NCBI GenBank assembly: GCA_951406725.2
Contig: OX597842.1
Location: 7,254,001-7,318,000, forward strand
DNA: 64,000 bases
DNA from: Octopus vulgaris
Taxonomy: Eukaryota
Direction of reading: 5' to 3'
The notes under the pieces are model-generated. The model was not told the origin of the DNA. It worked only from the letters and a program-made list of their open reading frames with translations, and ran no database searches. Within the stretch, counting starts at the first letter, position 1, and each line of letters opens with the position of its first letter. Below, piece after piece: positions 1 through 13,776 of this stretch. The position numbers and the translations under genes are program-made.

Positions 1-3000
1 GGGCGGGGACCCTAATTCTAAAACCCTAACCCTAATTCTAAAACCTTAACCGTAAAGCTAAACGCACGAAAGATGTCATGACTAACAGTGAGAAACGAAA
101 TATAGTTGACGGCTGTAATTTTATTCAGCTGAATACACATCACTGATTTGTTGAAGGTAAAGATTCCATATAACTCGTCATGGCATTCTCCAGTTTCTCT
201 GGGTATTCTTACACATGTATGACCCCCACCACAGAATTTGTTGACTCGTAACTGTCAGAAAAAATGGATATTTTTTAACAAAAGTTTCCACAAATACACT
301 TTAGAGATCTTTTCGGTTTGGACGGCAGTTTTTTCTAGCGGTGTCATATGAAATTGACACCCATAATTATAACCCTAGTATCGATCTATTGCATTTCAAT
401 CTCTTTTAGGGTTAGGGTTAGGGGTGGGGAGAAGGGTATCTATTTTCTTCAGAAATGTAAATAAACCCAATCTGTTTCTTAAACGAGGGACATATTCATA
501 CGGCACAGACTGTTTTCACCTCAGATCCCACTTCAGATGGCATGGATGCCGATTACATCGGAATTTATTATATATTAAAAAAAAATTCCGAGTGTGGGGT
601 GAGGAGTTTTGGAAAATTCAAACGAAACAGTTTTCTTTATGGGTAACTTTAAGAAAAAAAAGCATCGTTTTTTAATGAAAACGAAAAATATCGATCTTCC
701 GCAGATGGTATACCAAAACTGGAACCATTTGGATGGCGATTTCCATAAAAATATGTGGTAATCTTGCATATATACACCCTCGCCGACTTTGTTGCCTAAC
801 TGTCAGAAAAGTAGATACTTTTCAATGAAATTTTCTACAAATCGCTTAGATTCTGTAGATTCAGAATATATAGGAATTTGTTGGAAAGAACTTTTCTGAA
901 GAGGTGTGGAAAGTTTCTGAAAATTCATACGACCCGACTTTTTTTCCTCATAACTTTTAGTAATTTAACGAATTGCTTTTTCAAGCGGTTTTTTTTTTTT
1001 GGATATTTCTTTTTAAAAAAATCTAAAATAATTTCTCGTTTTGTGTTGTTCTTGATTGCTTTTCATTCATCTATTCAAGAAATAACATAGAGGAGGCAAA
1101 CAAGTGCAGACAAAGGGATTAGTGTTGCATCATCTTCGAAGAACACCACAATCGTGTGACAAGTCGTTCCTACAACGACTACCTATCCTATAACAAATGT
1201 TCATACAATTTCGGCTGAAAGTTATTAAACAACGTAAAAAAAAATATTTATGTTGTTTAGAAAAAAAATTTATTTACTTAGTTTTAAAAAAATTATTTAC
1301 TTTGTGTAAAAAGTTATTTATTTTGTTTAAAAAAACCCAAGTTATGATGAGGTACCAAAGGTTTATGTAATTATGGGTATGATGGGGGTACTTGCCGTGT
1401 ATTTAAAAATTATTTATTTGTTTAGGAAAAAACCCTACATAGCACACTCGCGCTAGGTAGTGGTTGTAGGATCGACTAGCTAGCGCTAGTACGCGAGTGC
1501 GCGCACCGGGACCACTCTTCTTAAATAGTACCAATAATATTTCATAAAGCATGGATTAGATTCTGTAGTTTTAAAATTGGTTTTATGCAAGCAGGTATGT
1601 GTTTATCTATGCAGCCTGTGTATGGCTGTGGTGAGAGTTTTTCACCTCTTTTACTTTTTTCAGTAAAATACATATGCGAATGGTAAAAGAAAAACTATGG
1701 ATCTTACATTCGACGGATATTCGTCCTCATCTTGTTTGTTGTTAAGAGTGGTTAAGAGCACGGGCTACTAACCCCAAGATTCCGAGTTCGATTCCAAGCA
1801 GTGACCTGAACACTAACAATAATAGCATCGAAAAATACCCTTAGGAATGAGAACCCACGTTCGATGGAGGCTGGAGGGTATATCAGCCGAAACCTTGTGT
1901 TAACAACAAACAAGATGACAGGTATCCGTCGAATGTAAATAATGTACATACTTTCTCATCTCTTAAATATAGAACTGTAAAAAGCATTCAGTTTACGAAC
2001 TTTTTGCTTAAATCCCAGTAACAGGCCATGAAATGTGTTTATGGGGAAAAAATATTGAAAAAAATCGATACATCGGAGAACAAATAAACGATGACGGTAT
2101 GAGATTGTCGTGAGGGTGGGTGGGCACTGTCATGGTGCTAAAAGTTCCAGTCCTTAAACTACACGCCAAAAAATGTTTTCTTTTTCTTTTTTTAACAACT
2201 TCATAGTTACAAATTGCAAGATAAAATAAGGGTTTCTTACCTTCCTTCACTTAGCAAATAATTCCAGTCACTATTTGTGTACAAAAAATTGCAAGGGAAC
2301 CGGTCTATCGTACGTAGTGGGCGAAATTAAAATAGATGCAGCGATGTGTGCGCCTGTAGCGGTATCTGATATCCTCACTCGAACACACATACACAACACT
2401 TGCTAACACTCACAACCCTCTAATTTGTAAATAAAATCTTATCTTATCTCAAACAGTGGAACGGCTTGTCAACGTGCATCTATTTTCTGTTGGCATGGTA
2501 TTGTAAAAATAGTATCTATGGCTTATCTTATTTCGTTACGGATGCGATCGTGTGACTTACCTATGTCACCAACCTCCTCACATGCGGTCGTTTTTTTAAG
2601 AAATAACATGTGGTCGTTTTTTAAAGACATAAAATGCGGTCGTTTTTTAAAGACATAACATGCGGTCGTTTTTCCTACACGCCTTTCGTCACTTTCCAGA
2701 CTTGTCATAGCAGCCCGAAGTAACATAATCTTCCTATGTCGATGAGAGACGCCAACATGTGCCAATTTTTTCACACAATATCAAAACTTTATTTCGATTA
2801 TTAATAAATCCATAAATATTAAGTTCTGTTTAGCTTTGATTACTTTAGGAGTCTAATCAAAGCAAGAAAAAAAAACTATTGTGTAAATTTATTATATGAA
2901 ATAATGCTTTATATTTGTAGTTAGAAAGTTCCTATTTTTAGCAGAAATATTTTTCTGCATTGAAAAACTGAATTATTAAATAATTCTCAACATCGAGGGG

Positions 3001-3024
3001 TAGGACAAGGCACAGGCAGTTTAA

Positions 3025-4100
3025 CCCTTTCGTTACTATATTTCTGACCAAAATACACCCCTTATGTGTTTCAATTAATTTCTAACATAATCATAAATTT
3101 AGTCTGGCTTCATTAAACAACTATAACTTTTTTATTTATCAATATTTTATCTGATTTTTGGAAGATAATTTAATGAAATGTTCTCAACCAATTCTATACT
3201 ATAATTTTTGTCACAAGGTGACTCTAATTGCAGGTAGATACAGGTTAATTCAACAAAATATAAAATTATTAAATTTTTTTTCAAACATCGCTATAGAAAA
3301 TGGGTTATTAGCTAATATTCAATTGGGTATACAACAAAATTTTACGATAGAATTTGTTATTCTGGGTAACTTTCTGATACCCATAATAATATTTATGGCA
3401 AAATAGTCTGAATTTCATTTAAGGTTGTGGGAAACCACTAACTATCCTTTCTTTCGCTTTGTTTACATTTAGCGTAACGATTCGTTTCCGCCGTAATGAG
3501 TTCAAATAGACTCATCGGAAAAAGTAAAAAGAAATAGTCTATCACTTTACTCTCCTGGGAAAGTCTGTGGCTTGGTCCAGTTTCTTCAGAAAAATCACCG
3601 AAAGAAACAGTTTTAAATTTTCACTCCATTCAGGTGCCAATTCATTTTCTTTATCGCTGTCGGAGCTCTCGGATTCACTGTTTTCACTTTCGGAAAATGA
3701 AACATCAGATTCATTATCAAATACCACGTGCTTTTTTTTTTCAGTCATAGAGTTAGATTTATGAAGGTCTTCAGTAGAAAATCCTTCGAATTCTGACTCG
3801 CTGCTTGATATAATGAAATTCGTATCCATTTTTTGTCAGAATTACAAATTTTGAAAACACAATAGGAACAAATTTCGGAAAAAAATCTCCCAAAATTAAC
3901 GTAATTAAAATTACACTTTGATCGTTGTACAAAACTGTAGATGGACTGTTTACGAAGTATTATCACTTGTTTTCACGAATGTACTAAAGAGATTTGCTCT
4001 GATATTCTCATTTAAATATGAATAGGTAAATACGGGCGGGTTTGGTCACATTAACCAAAATTTCTTTCGGGCGGCTTTGGGCGGTTTGGTAACGAAAGGG
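3025..4100 (-). mobile_element. Non-autonomous piggyBac-like element
   Basis: TIRs CCCTTTCGTTAC / GTAACGAAAGGG flanked by TTAA and TTTAA; acidic remnant ORF (SESEFEGF...ESSDSD...EWS) like a piggyBac transposase N-terminus. Confidence 0.75.
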
Positions 4101-4802
4101 TTTAATACTAAAAATCTAGTAGAGATGATATCAAATTTAGGTTTAGACTACACCTAAAAATATATATTAACGATTTTATTTATTCCTTTCAGTATTTAAT
4201 CAATTTTTTTTATTGTGAAATTTCATTTTTCCTACCTTATTGCATGATTTTTAATTTGAAAAGAGATTCTTATTTTCGGTTTTAACCTTGAAACAAACTC
4301 TTTTATGGATTTTAACTTTTTGACAAAAAATTGCTTTATTTATAACCCATTACCTTTCATCTTTTACCTCCTTCAGTTTCTTTTGACCAAATCCACTGAC
4401 AAGTCTTTTGTCAGCCGAAGGATGAACTAGAAAACACTTTGCCCAAGGTACTGCTGTAGTGGGACTGAACCCAGGACCATGTGGTTGGGAAGCAAACTTC
4501 TTTCCCCACAGCCACGCCTGTGGCTATCTAACCTGATGTGTTTCCAGGAAGGAGAAAATACAATATTCATATTTAATATTTTTGGCAAATAGCTGGGAGT
4601 TGTATTCTAGTAAAGCACTGATGCATTCACTGTTTTTAGGTTAGAAATAAGCATTACTGAAAATAGAACCACATGGTCTAAGGTTCAGTCCCACCATGTG
4701 GCACCTTGGGTAAATGTCATCTACTATAGCATGGGTTGACCAAAACCTTGTGAAGGGATTTGGTAGGCAGAAACTGATGGAAACCTGTTGGATACACACA
4801 CA

Positions 4803-5693
4803 GGACCTTTTCCTTTTGAACGGTAGTTTTCAACACGATTTCTAGTTAACTAGACACTTTTAAACTTCGTATACTGGTAGAATGTGTCAAAATAAAACAT
4901 GTTTTGGATCTTTTCCTTTTGAACGGTAGTTTTCAACACAATTTCTAGTTTTCTAGACACTTTTAAACTTCGTATACTGGTAGAATGTGTTAAAATAAAA
5001 CAATTTTTTCTCTTGGCTTTCTTGAAAAAATTGTAATTTGTAAGTTTAACGAAGTTTAATTTTTCGAATTTTAACTAATCCTACGGCCTCTAGTGAGCTA
5101 CAATCATTTGCTGCACGTCTAAAACAGACAACATCCTGTCACTAACCCTCACCCCAAATTTTAGCCTTTCGGTTTATTTTTTCTTCATTGTTAAATTAAT
5201 TTAAGGATAACAATTAAGAAAAAAAAACGATAGCAATGGAAAATAATTTTAATTTAACAATTAAGAAAAAAAAACGAAAGCAAAAACTCAAAACAAAAAC
5301 AAAACGAATAATTTTAGACACACGCGTAACAATTAAATTAATTTAACAATTAAGAAAAAAAACGAAAGGCTAAAATTTAGGGTTTGGGTTAGGGGTGGTG
5401 AGAAGGGTATCTTTTTCTTCACAAATGTAAATAAACCCAATCTGTTTCTTAAACGAGGGACATATTCATACGGCACAGACTGTTTTCACCTCAATAGACG
5501 TCATTGATTGGTTAAAATTGCAGAAATCGAAGAAGAAAAAAAACAATAAATATCTTACAAACTATAGAATTCCCTCAATAAAGCCAAGAGAAAGAGATGT
5601 TTTATAAACACATTCTACCAGTATACGAAGTTTAAAAGTGTTTAGTTACGTGGAAATTATTTTTAAAAACTACCAGTCAAACCGAAAAGATCC
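4803..5693. mobile_element. MITE with long inverted arms (duplicate ~24833..25627; related pieces at ~306..520 and 50732..51420)
   Basis: GGA(T/C)CTTTTCC..TTGAACGGTAGTTTT ... AAAACTACCAGTCAAACCGAAAAGATCC termini; internal TAACCC/GGGTTA motifs. Confidence 0.65.
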
Positions 5694-5739
5694 CACTTCA
5701 GATGGCATGGATGCCGATTACATCGGAATTTATTATATA

Positions 5740-6127
5740 CTAGCAGTATTGCCCGGCGTTGCTCGGGTTTGTAAGGGAAATAACTATATAAGCATTTTTA
5801 GAGAGTTGTAGCCAAAAAATAGCAAAAAAATGCATTAAAATTGGAAAAAAAATGATGGTAATTTTTTTTTTAAATCGTTGACTCATCGTAGACATTTTTA
5901 GATAGTTACTTCCCTTATATAATAGCGAAAAAAATGCATTAAAATGGGAAAAATTGATGGTAAATTATTTTTAAAATCGTAGACACGCGCTAATACCCAG
6001 AAGGGCTCGATATGAATCACGACTATAAGATACCCAGTTTTGGTTAAACTGCACCGCAAAATGTGGGTGTAGTTAGGAATCTAAATCGTAGGAGACAGAC
6101 ACACAACCTTACTTTTATATATAAAGA
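5740..6127 (-). mobile_element. Short non-autonomous Helitron (duplicate 25674..26071)
   Basis: On the minus strand it starts TCTTTATATATAAAAG and ends with a CCCGAGCAACGCCGGG hairpin + CTAG. Confidence 0.8.
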
Positions 6128-6599
6128 TAAGGTTTCCAAGATTGGTAGAAGGGAGGGAAAGTGTCTCTCAAACTGAAGACTTGGTCTTGGTAAAAAAACT
6201 TCTCTGAAAATACAAGAAAAATAAAAAGGCCATGAGGAGTCGTATGGGATGCCTAAACCAAAATTTTGCCTTTTCTTTATAGATTCTTGAAAGGATGAAA
6301 GACAAAGTTGACCTTCGCAGGATTTGAACTCGGCGTACTGAGGGAACAAATTCTGCATGACATTTTATTGGATCCAGATAATTTACCTCATTGTTTATCA
6401 TTAAGGTAGGCCATGGTGGGATTTGAATTTGGAGCATTAAAAAGCAGAACTAAATAATCTTTTCTACTTTGGTTACGAGGCCTGAAATTTTCAGGAAGGG
6501 GGCAGATCAATTATATGGACCCTATTGCTTAACTCAGTGGTTCTCAACCAGGGTCCATATAAGGTGTTGTTATTAAAATTTATCTGCAATAAATTGCTT

Positions 6600-6810
6600 G
6601 GCTCAGTGGTTAGAGTGTCAGGCTTGCAATCATGAGGTAGTGAGTTCGATTCTTGGACTGGGCTGTGTTGAGCAAGACACTTTATTTCACATTGCTCCAG
6701 TTCACTCGGCTGTAGAAATTAGATGCAACTTCTCTGGCGCCAAGCTGTATTGACCTTTGCCTTTCCTTTGGATAACATTAGTGGCATGGAGAAGGGAGGC
6801 TAGTATCTAT
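6600..6810 (+). mobile_element. tRNA-head SINE, degenerate (duplicate ~26544..26755)
   Basis: GCTCAGTGGTTAGAG A-box, GAGTTCGATTC B-box, then SINE body GAGCAAGACACTTTATTTCAC. Confidence 0.6.
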
Positions 6811-8399
6811 GTTTGTTCCTTCTCGAGCCATGCCTGGCTCATATGGGCCGGTTTCCCGGTCTCTTGGCATATAGGATTCCCACCTGGACAGGACACCGGT
6901 CTGTCGCAGGTGAGCTGCAAGATGCAGGAGAAAAGAGTGAGAGGAAGTTGTGGCATAAGAGTCAGCAGTTCTTTTTAATGTTCCAAATTCAAATCCCACC
7001 ATGGCCTACCTTAATGATAAACAATGAGGTAAATTATCTGAGTCGGATGTCCTATTATAGCCATCCCTTATATATATATATATAGGGAAATGTGTTGTTG
7101 AAAATGCAGATAAATTTCAAAAACACGTAATTGTTTAAAATACATTTATTTTCAATGGTTAGAATTATTTACTTTAATAAAATAAAATAATTTATTTAAA
7201 AAGGTTAAACAACAATTTGGGAAGACGATAGTCGATACACAGTAGGATGGAATGTCGGAGTCGTGATCAGTGTGTAAGGACTAGTTCTTTGTTGATAGCC
7301 ATTATGTTTACATGAAAGAACGATGGTTGAAGTGGTGAAGAAAACATTTATCTACCGTTATGTTGAAAATACCTTACCTTGTCAGGTAAGTTATAAAATT
7401 TGAGAGCATGTGAAAGAAAGTTAGATGTGGTAGAATTTTTCTTTGTACAATTTTGTGTACATGTTCTCTTAGCAGTGAGCCACTGATAGCAATGGAATGA
7501 TTTTGTTAGGGAACAGATGTAGAGCTAGTGAAAGTGGTAGGGTTGTGGGATGTTGTCTCACAGTTGCTGACATTAAATTTCATTTCTCTTCCTGACCATT
7601 GTCTTTAGTACCTGCCATGATTGGGATCATGATTCTAGCGTTCCGTTCCCTAACTCATGGTAGCTGTCTCTGACTTGGTTGAGTTGTCACAAGCCAACTG
7701 ACTAACTGTCTTTTTGCTTGAGGTTCTTGCTTTTATAACTATCCAGGATAGACCTATCGTTGAGAACAATGTGCTTTGTTGGTGGTACTGTGATATCTCT
7801 ATTCTAGCTTTTGGTGAAGTAGAAGAGGTTAGAAAGGGTCAAGTGGTGAAGACATTATTTTGGCCTAGCTAAAGGCATCTGGAAAATGTAAAACTGCTGT
7901 CAGAGAGAAACCATTGTTCCATCATCATCATCACCATCATATAACGTCCGTTTTCCATGCTAGCATGAGTTGGACAGTTCAACCAGGGTCCAGGAAGCCA
8001 GGAGGCTGCACCAGGCTCCAGTCTGATCTGGCAGTGTTTCTACAGCTGGATGCCCTTCCTAACAACAACCACTCCGTGAGTGTAGTGGGTGTTTTTATGT
8101 GCCACTGGCACAGGGCCAAATGAGGCTGGCAACGGCCACAATTGGTTGGTGTTTTTTACGTGCCACCAGTACAGAAGCCAGTCAAGGATGACTGTGGTAC
8201 TGCTACGCCAGCCATTGGGTATGACTCCATCATGAGCTACCTGGTTTACAATTTGGGTGACCAGACAATAGCCCACGCCACAAGATGTTTTAAGCATCTC
8301 AGCAGTGAATCCTGATGGCCTCATCTGATTTTTGATTTGTTAAAATACTAAATACTGGTGACTTTTTTTTGGTGGTCAAGCTTGTCGTTCTGCTTATTG

Positions 8400-8640
8400 G
8401 CTTCCCTGTGGAAGTTAAGCTAGTTTGACCTATGTAGTCCCCACCACATCCTCCACATTTGAGAAAATAGATTAAGTTCTTCAAAGCACATTATGGTAAA
8501 AATTTGACTTGATTTAAATTTGTATGTTGAGCCCTCAAAGGGTAAGATGCAAGTTCCACAGTTGGGGCCGTTGTACTTTTTGACTTGTAATTTTTTTTCA
8601 AGTTCTTGGAGTCGCTTTTATCAGGTTTTAGGGATTTGAT
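8400..8640 (-). mobile_element. Penelope-like GIY-YIG endonuclease remnant (duplicate ~28447..28690)
   Basis: Frameshifted PNCGTC...EGSTYKFKS..IF then KNLIYFLKCGGCGGDYIGQT. Confidence 0.7.
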
Positions 8641-8714
8641 GCCATCGTGCAAATTATGGGGCACAAAAGAAAAAGCACCAACCAATCCTTTCTTGCGTGC
8701 TATACCAATTTTTT

Positions 8715-8857
8715 CTAGATTCTCCATAGGCTAATTATGATGAGAGCATAAAGGATGACTCCAGCAAAGAAGAATATGCAAAGGCTTATTGCTATACGCT
8801 CGCCATTGCTGAGTCCTTCTGATGTAGCAACTTTAAAATCTTTTGTTGCTTCATTAT
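8715..8857 (-). CDS. Paralogue A terminal exon: stalk + transmembrane helix + stop
   Basis: TTTTTTGCAG acceptor; phase-1 reading DNEATKDFKVATSEGLSNGERIAISLCIFFFAGVILYALIIISLWRI-TAG. Confidence 0.8.
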
Positions 8858-9482
8858 CTGCAAAAAATGAACAGTAAAGCATATATCTTTTGTTTTTGAT
8901 AATAAAGAAAAAATTGTAATATTTACCAGGATTTACTATTTTGCCACATACCGAAGTTTAGAAATAGCAGCCATAGAACCTTAGCTATTTCCTCTACTCT
9001 GGTATCCTTATCCCGTCCATACATTTGATTTTGCCTCTCTTCAAGACTAGCACACCACACTTCCTCAGTCCGAACTCCATTCTGATATCAGCACTGAAGG
9101 TAAATACTGTATCAACGAGGGAACTGACTTGGCTTCATAAAGTTTGAGGTCATCCGTGAATAACAAATGGTTGACTTTTTGTTGGTGGCTTTCGAATACA
9201 CACCCAGCTTTTGCTTTCCTCAGAATCAGTGTTAGTGGTATCAAGCACAGTACAAAGATCAGTGGGGACAGACAGTCCGTTTGGAAGATGCCCCTCCTGA
9301 TATCTACTGTCTGTAAACTTCTTCCATATGCTATCAGGTTCGTCCTCCCATTTGCCATACTTTTTCCAAGCAATCGCTCAACATTTGATGCAACCCTTCT
9401 GCTCACATGGCAGGACTCCATTTTTTCTTTTCCAGATGTTTGTACATTGACTCTGCAAGTATTCCAGTCAATAATTTCCACA

Positions 9483-9533
<51 letters not shown>

Positions 9534-11429
9534 GGCAGTGAGCTGGTAGAATTGTTAGCACACTGCACGAGATGCATTTTTGTCCATTGCTATGTTCCGA
9601 GTTCAAATTCTGCCGAGGTTGACTTTGCCTTTAATACTTTCAAGGTCAATAAAATAAGTACCAGTTGAACACTGGGGTCGATGTAATCGACTCATTCCTA
9701 CCTCCCCTAAGCTGCTCTTGTGGAATAATTTGAAATAAAAATACTAATTATAATCATTATTATTATGAACTTGAGGTCGTTTCCTGGCAGAATTGTTACT
9801 GCACCAGAAAATATATTCAATAGTACCAGCCAAATAGACTCAAATTGATGTAATCAAGGAACCTGAAACTGATGACCTTGTGCATGAATCAGAAAGAATT
9901 ATTATTGTTATTATTAGCAGAAGTCATTTCCTTACCTTCTATCCCAAGAGTAATAGTTGCATTACAGGAGTTCTTGTCATAGAATCTCCAAAACAAATCC
10001 TCTCTCGTTATATTCTCGATGTAGAGAATAGAAGTTCTATGAATCTGCCTAACTACATATTTGCCACGATCGCAATATTCCTTATTGCACTCGATACTAC
10101 GGACCCTATTTCTCCAGACCACAGGCCTTTCCATATAGGGAATATCTTTAACATAAAGAGAGATACTTTGTCCGAGCACAGGGTTTCCTGCAATAAATAT
10201 ATGAATCATTATTATTGACTAGTTTCCCATATGAAAGATTTCAGGATTCATTTTTATCATCATCATTGTTTCAACACCTACTTTTACATATCTGGAATCA
10301 GAGTTTTCTTTATATAAAGATTTGGGACACTTCCTCTCGTGATATCACAGGTGATTGTATAACAAAGAGCCAGGACATTAAATAATGACGGTCATGGTAG
10401 GTGAACTTCAAGTAAAATTGTATGAGTTAAGAGAAAAAAATAAAAAAACAGAACTGAAAAGATAGTGTCTAGTTTAAGATGAGAAAAAGGTACTCCACTT
10501 ACCTTTCAAAATACCTATTTTGTACTCTTTTTTACATTGCCAACCTATTCAAATAGAAAACAAAAATATTTTCAGATTTTAAATTTTTGATTACTCTTTA
10601 CTCTTTTACTTGTTTCAGTCATTTGACTGCGGCCATGCTGGAGCACTGCATTTAGTCGAGCAAATCACCCCCGGGACTTATTCTTTGTAAGCCCAGTACT
10701 TATTCTATTGGTCTCTTTTGCCAAACCGCTAATTAACGGGGACGTAAACACACCAGCATCAGTTGTCAAGCAATGCTAGGGAGACAAACACAGACACACA
10801 AACATATACACACACATACATATATATATATATACAAATTGAGATAGGGGTTGTAAATGAAACCCTCCATGTGATAACATATATCCAATATACTGCTAGT
10901 GAAGTACCCATCAAAGTTAATACATAAATGTTAAGAATTGCGATGCAATTAATTCATTTACTGTATTATATGGGCAAAGGTAAAATGTTTTACCACAAAT
11001 TAATAATACAAAATAAGAAAATGGAGAAATACATCTAAATCAATTATCAACTACCAGATAATACCCAATCACATACTTTATTAAACCACTACATAAGAAC
11101 ATTAAGGTCAAACATAATAATATAGAACAAAACAGTGTACATGAAGGAGTAATATGATACAATAAGTATAATATGTATAAGAGGATATAAATATACACAA
11201 CATCTTACAGCTGTTTCGGCCATGCAGATAATGGTGTCTCATTTTAGTTATATTATCCATGTGTGATAGGTCAATATGTAGTTATAAATGAGACATTTAC
11301 AAAAATATCCCAAGGCCTCTTCAGAAATTATGAAATACAAACCAAATTAAATCTACACCCATATAAGTGTGGGTACATACCCATAATATATCATGTACAC
11401 ATACATATGAGTGCATATACTCATACTCC

Positions 11430-11460
<31 letters not shown>

Positions 11461-13728
11461 ATAGATATACATGATAATATAAATAATATAAATCAATAAA
11501 CATACATATGTTCCATATTCAATGTTACAGTTTTTCAACTTAATATTTTGATATTACAATGTAGAAAACATACACATATTAATACCCAAATGCAGATATA
11601 CAGAGTCAAGAGTACATTATATTAATTTATATTTATTTCCAAAATGTCATTAACGTTAACAATGTTAACATCATTACCATTATCATTACCACTAATGCTA
11701 CCAATATCATTATTCTTATTATTAATAACACTAATACTAGCAAAACAACATATAGATCATATAGCAATATAATAGCAAAACCAAGGACAACAATAGTATT
11801 ACAGTACCATGCAAAGCATTAAATATCTGCATATACATACAAAATAAGAAATAAAAGCATATGGTTTACATGATATTATGTACCACAGGTGTACAAATGT
11901 ACATACGACTGCAATTTATAATTTCAACTGTTACACAAAAACAGTATTACGTTCAGAAATATTTAAGAATCGAACGCTAAAATATGATTGGCTTGTACAT
12001 TTAAATTTAAATAACAATTGTCTTTCTTTACGGTTGGTTTGTTAAGAAACATCCACACACGCACATTTGCAAACGTACGCCTAAACGCACATACACAGAC
12101 AAATCACAACTCAAGAGATACCAGGTCACACACACACACATGCTTACATACAAATCTACACACATGTTTGTGTTCTCCCAGTCAACAGCCTTATCATTGC
12201 TGGTACTTTAAACTCTTCGGTTGCATATTTGTGTGAATAAAATCGTTTTTCTTTGGAATAGGAAAAAAAAGTCTATCTTTATTTCTTCTTTTGCTGGTGT
12301 CTCAAATTTAGGTTAAATCAGTGTTTCTCAAAGGGGAGGCCTATGGGACGGTCGGACAAGTTGGCTTGAGAAAATTTGGTTTAAATGTTTGACAACTCAG
12401 CACCATCCATTGGACGGGGTGGGGGCGTTTTGCTTGTACATTATATAGTGACAGAAGGTATTGAAAATGTGATTATATGTTTGAACACTAAGACATCTGC
12501 TATTTTCATCATCATCATCATTCAAATATCCATTTAAATGGGTCATATAGAATATGTTTAGGTGGACAATAACGAAAAGGAGTGGGCTGAGGACTGAGCC
12601 TTGTTGAGCACTTACCTGTACACCAGATTCTTAGTTATACCTGTGGGTAACTCATGCAGACAGAGATATACATTAAATACAGTGACATAAGGTATTGAGG
12701 CTCTATGTTTAAACACTATTCTTTTACTTGTTTCAGTCATTTGACTGCAGCCATGCTGGAGCACCACCTTTAGTCGAACAAATCGACCCCAGGACTTATT
12801 CTTTGTAAGCCTAGTACTTATTCTATCAGTCTCTTTTGCCGAACCGCTAGGTTACGAGGACATAAACACGCCAGCATCGGTTGCCAAGCGATGTTGTGGG
12901 GACAAACACAGACACACAAACACACACATACATATATACGACGGGATTCTTTCAGTTTCCATCCACCAAATCCATTCACAAGACTTTGGTCAGCCCAAAG
13001 CTATAGTAGAAGACACTTGCCCAAGGTGCCATGCAGTGGGACTGAACCTGGAACCATGTGGTTTGTGCATGAATTAGAAAGAATTATTATTGTTATTATT
13101 AGCAGAAGTCATTTCCTTACCTTCTTCCTTCAAAGAAACCCTTGCATAGCGAGTTTTCTTGTCGCGGAAAGTCCAATCCACATCTGCCTGTGATATATTT
13201 TTTATCAAAATAGTGGATATATTTCCACTCTGCTGAACTTCTACTCTGCCAGATTTATAACATGTTGTATCACATTGAAAGCTTTCATTCACATTTGTCC
13301 AGGTAACAGGTCGCTCCATGCTGGGTATTTCTTCAGTTTGAAGAGTCATGTTTCCTCCAAGTACAAAACTTCCTGAAATAAATATATATATATATCAATA
13401 TTACAGACTAGTTTCCCATATGAAAGATTTCAGGATTAACTTTTCATCATCATCATTCTCTCAACATCCATTTTCTCCATGCTTGGGATCAAAATTCTCT
13501 TTATATACAATTCAAAACTCTTCCTGACATAATATCTCTCTTTTACTTGTTTCAGTCATTTGACTGCTGCCATGCTGGAGCACCACCTTTAGTCATGCAA
13601 ATCAAACCCAGGACTTATTTTTGTAAGGCTAGTACTTATTCTATCGGTCTCTTTTGCCGAACCGCTAAGTTATGGGGACGTAAACACACCAGCATCGGTT
13701 GTCAAGCGATGTTGGGGGGACAAACACA

Positions 13729-13776
<48 letters not shown>

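Noticed and set aside
10-430. TAACCC/TTAGGG telomere-like motifs
   Set aside because: Only 2-4 units, embedded in MITE sequence that recurs at ~5150, 5380 and 51280.
1745-1806. tRNA-like sequence (also at ~6600 and ~18400)
   Set aside because: A/B boxes are present but there is no complete cloverleaf; these are SINE heads or repeat-embedded fragments.
3542-3829. Acidic 95-aa ORF
   Set aside because: Lies inside piggyBac-like TIRs and is frameshifted in copy 2, so it is a transposase remnant.
8491-8727. 78-aa ORF as a cytoplasmic tail of the receptor
   Set aside because: It is in a different frame from the TM exon and largely overlaps a Penelope GIY-YIG remnant.
9889-10209. ORF-track single-exon models of the Ig exons (also 13074..13349, 29933..30253, 35283..35546, 60284..60622)
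   Set aside because: Their ends run past consensus splice sites into intron sequence; they are internal exons.
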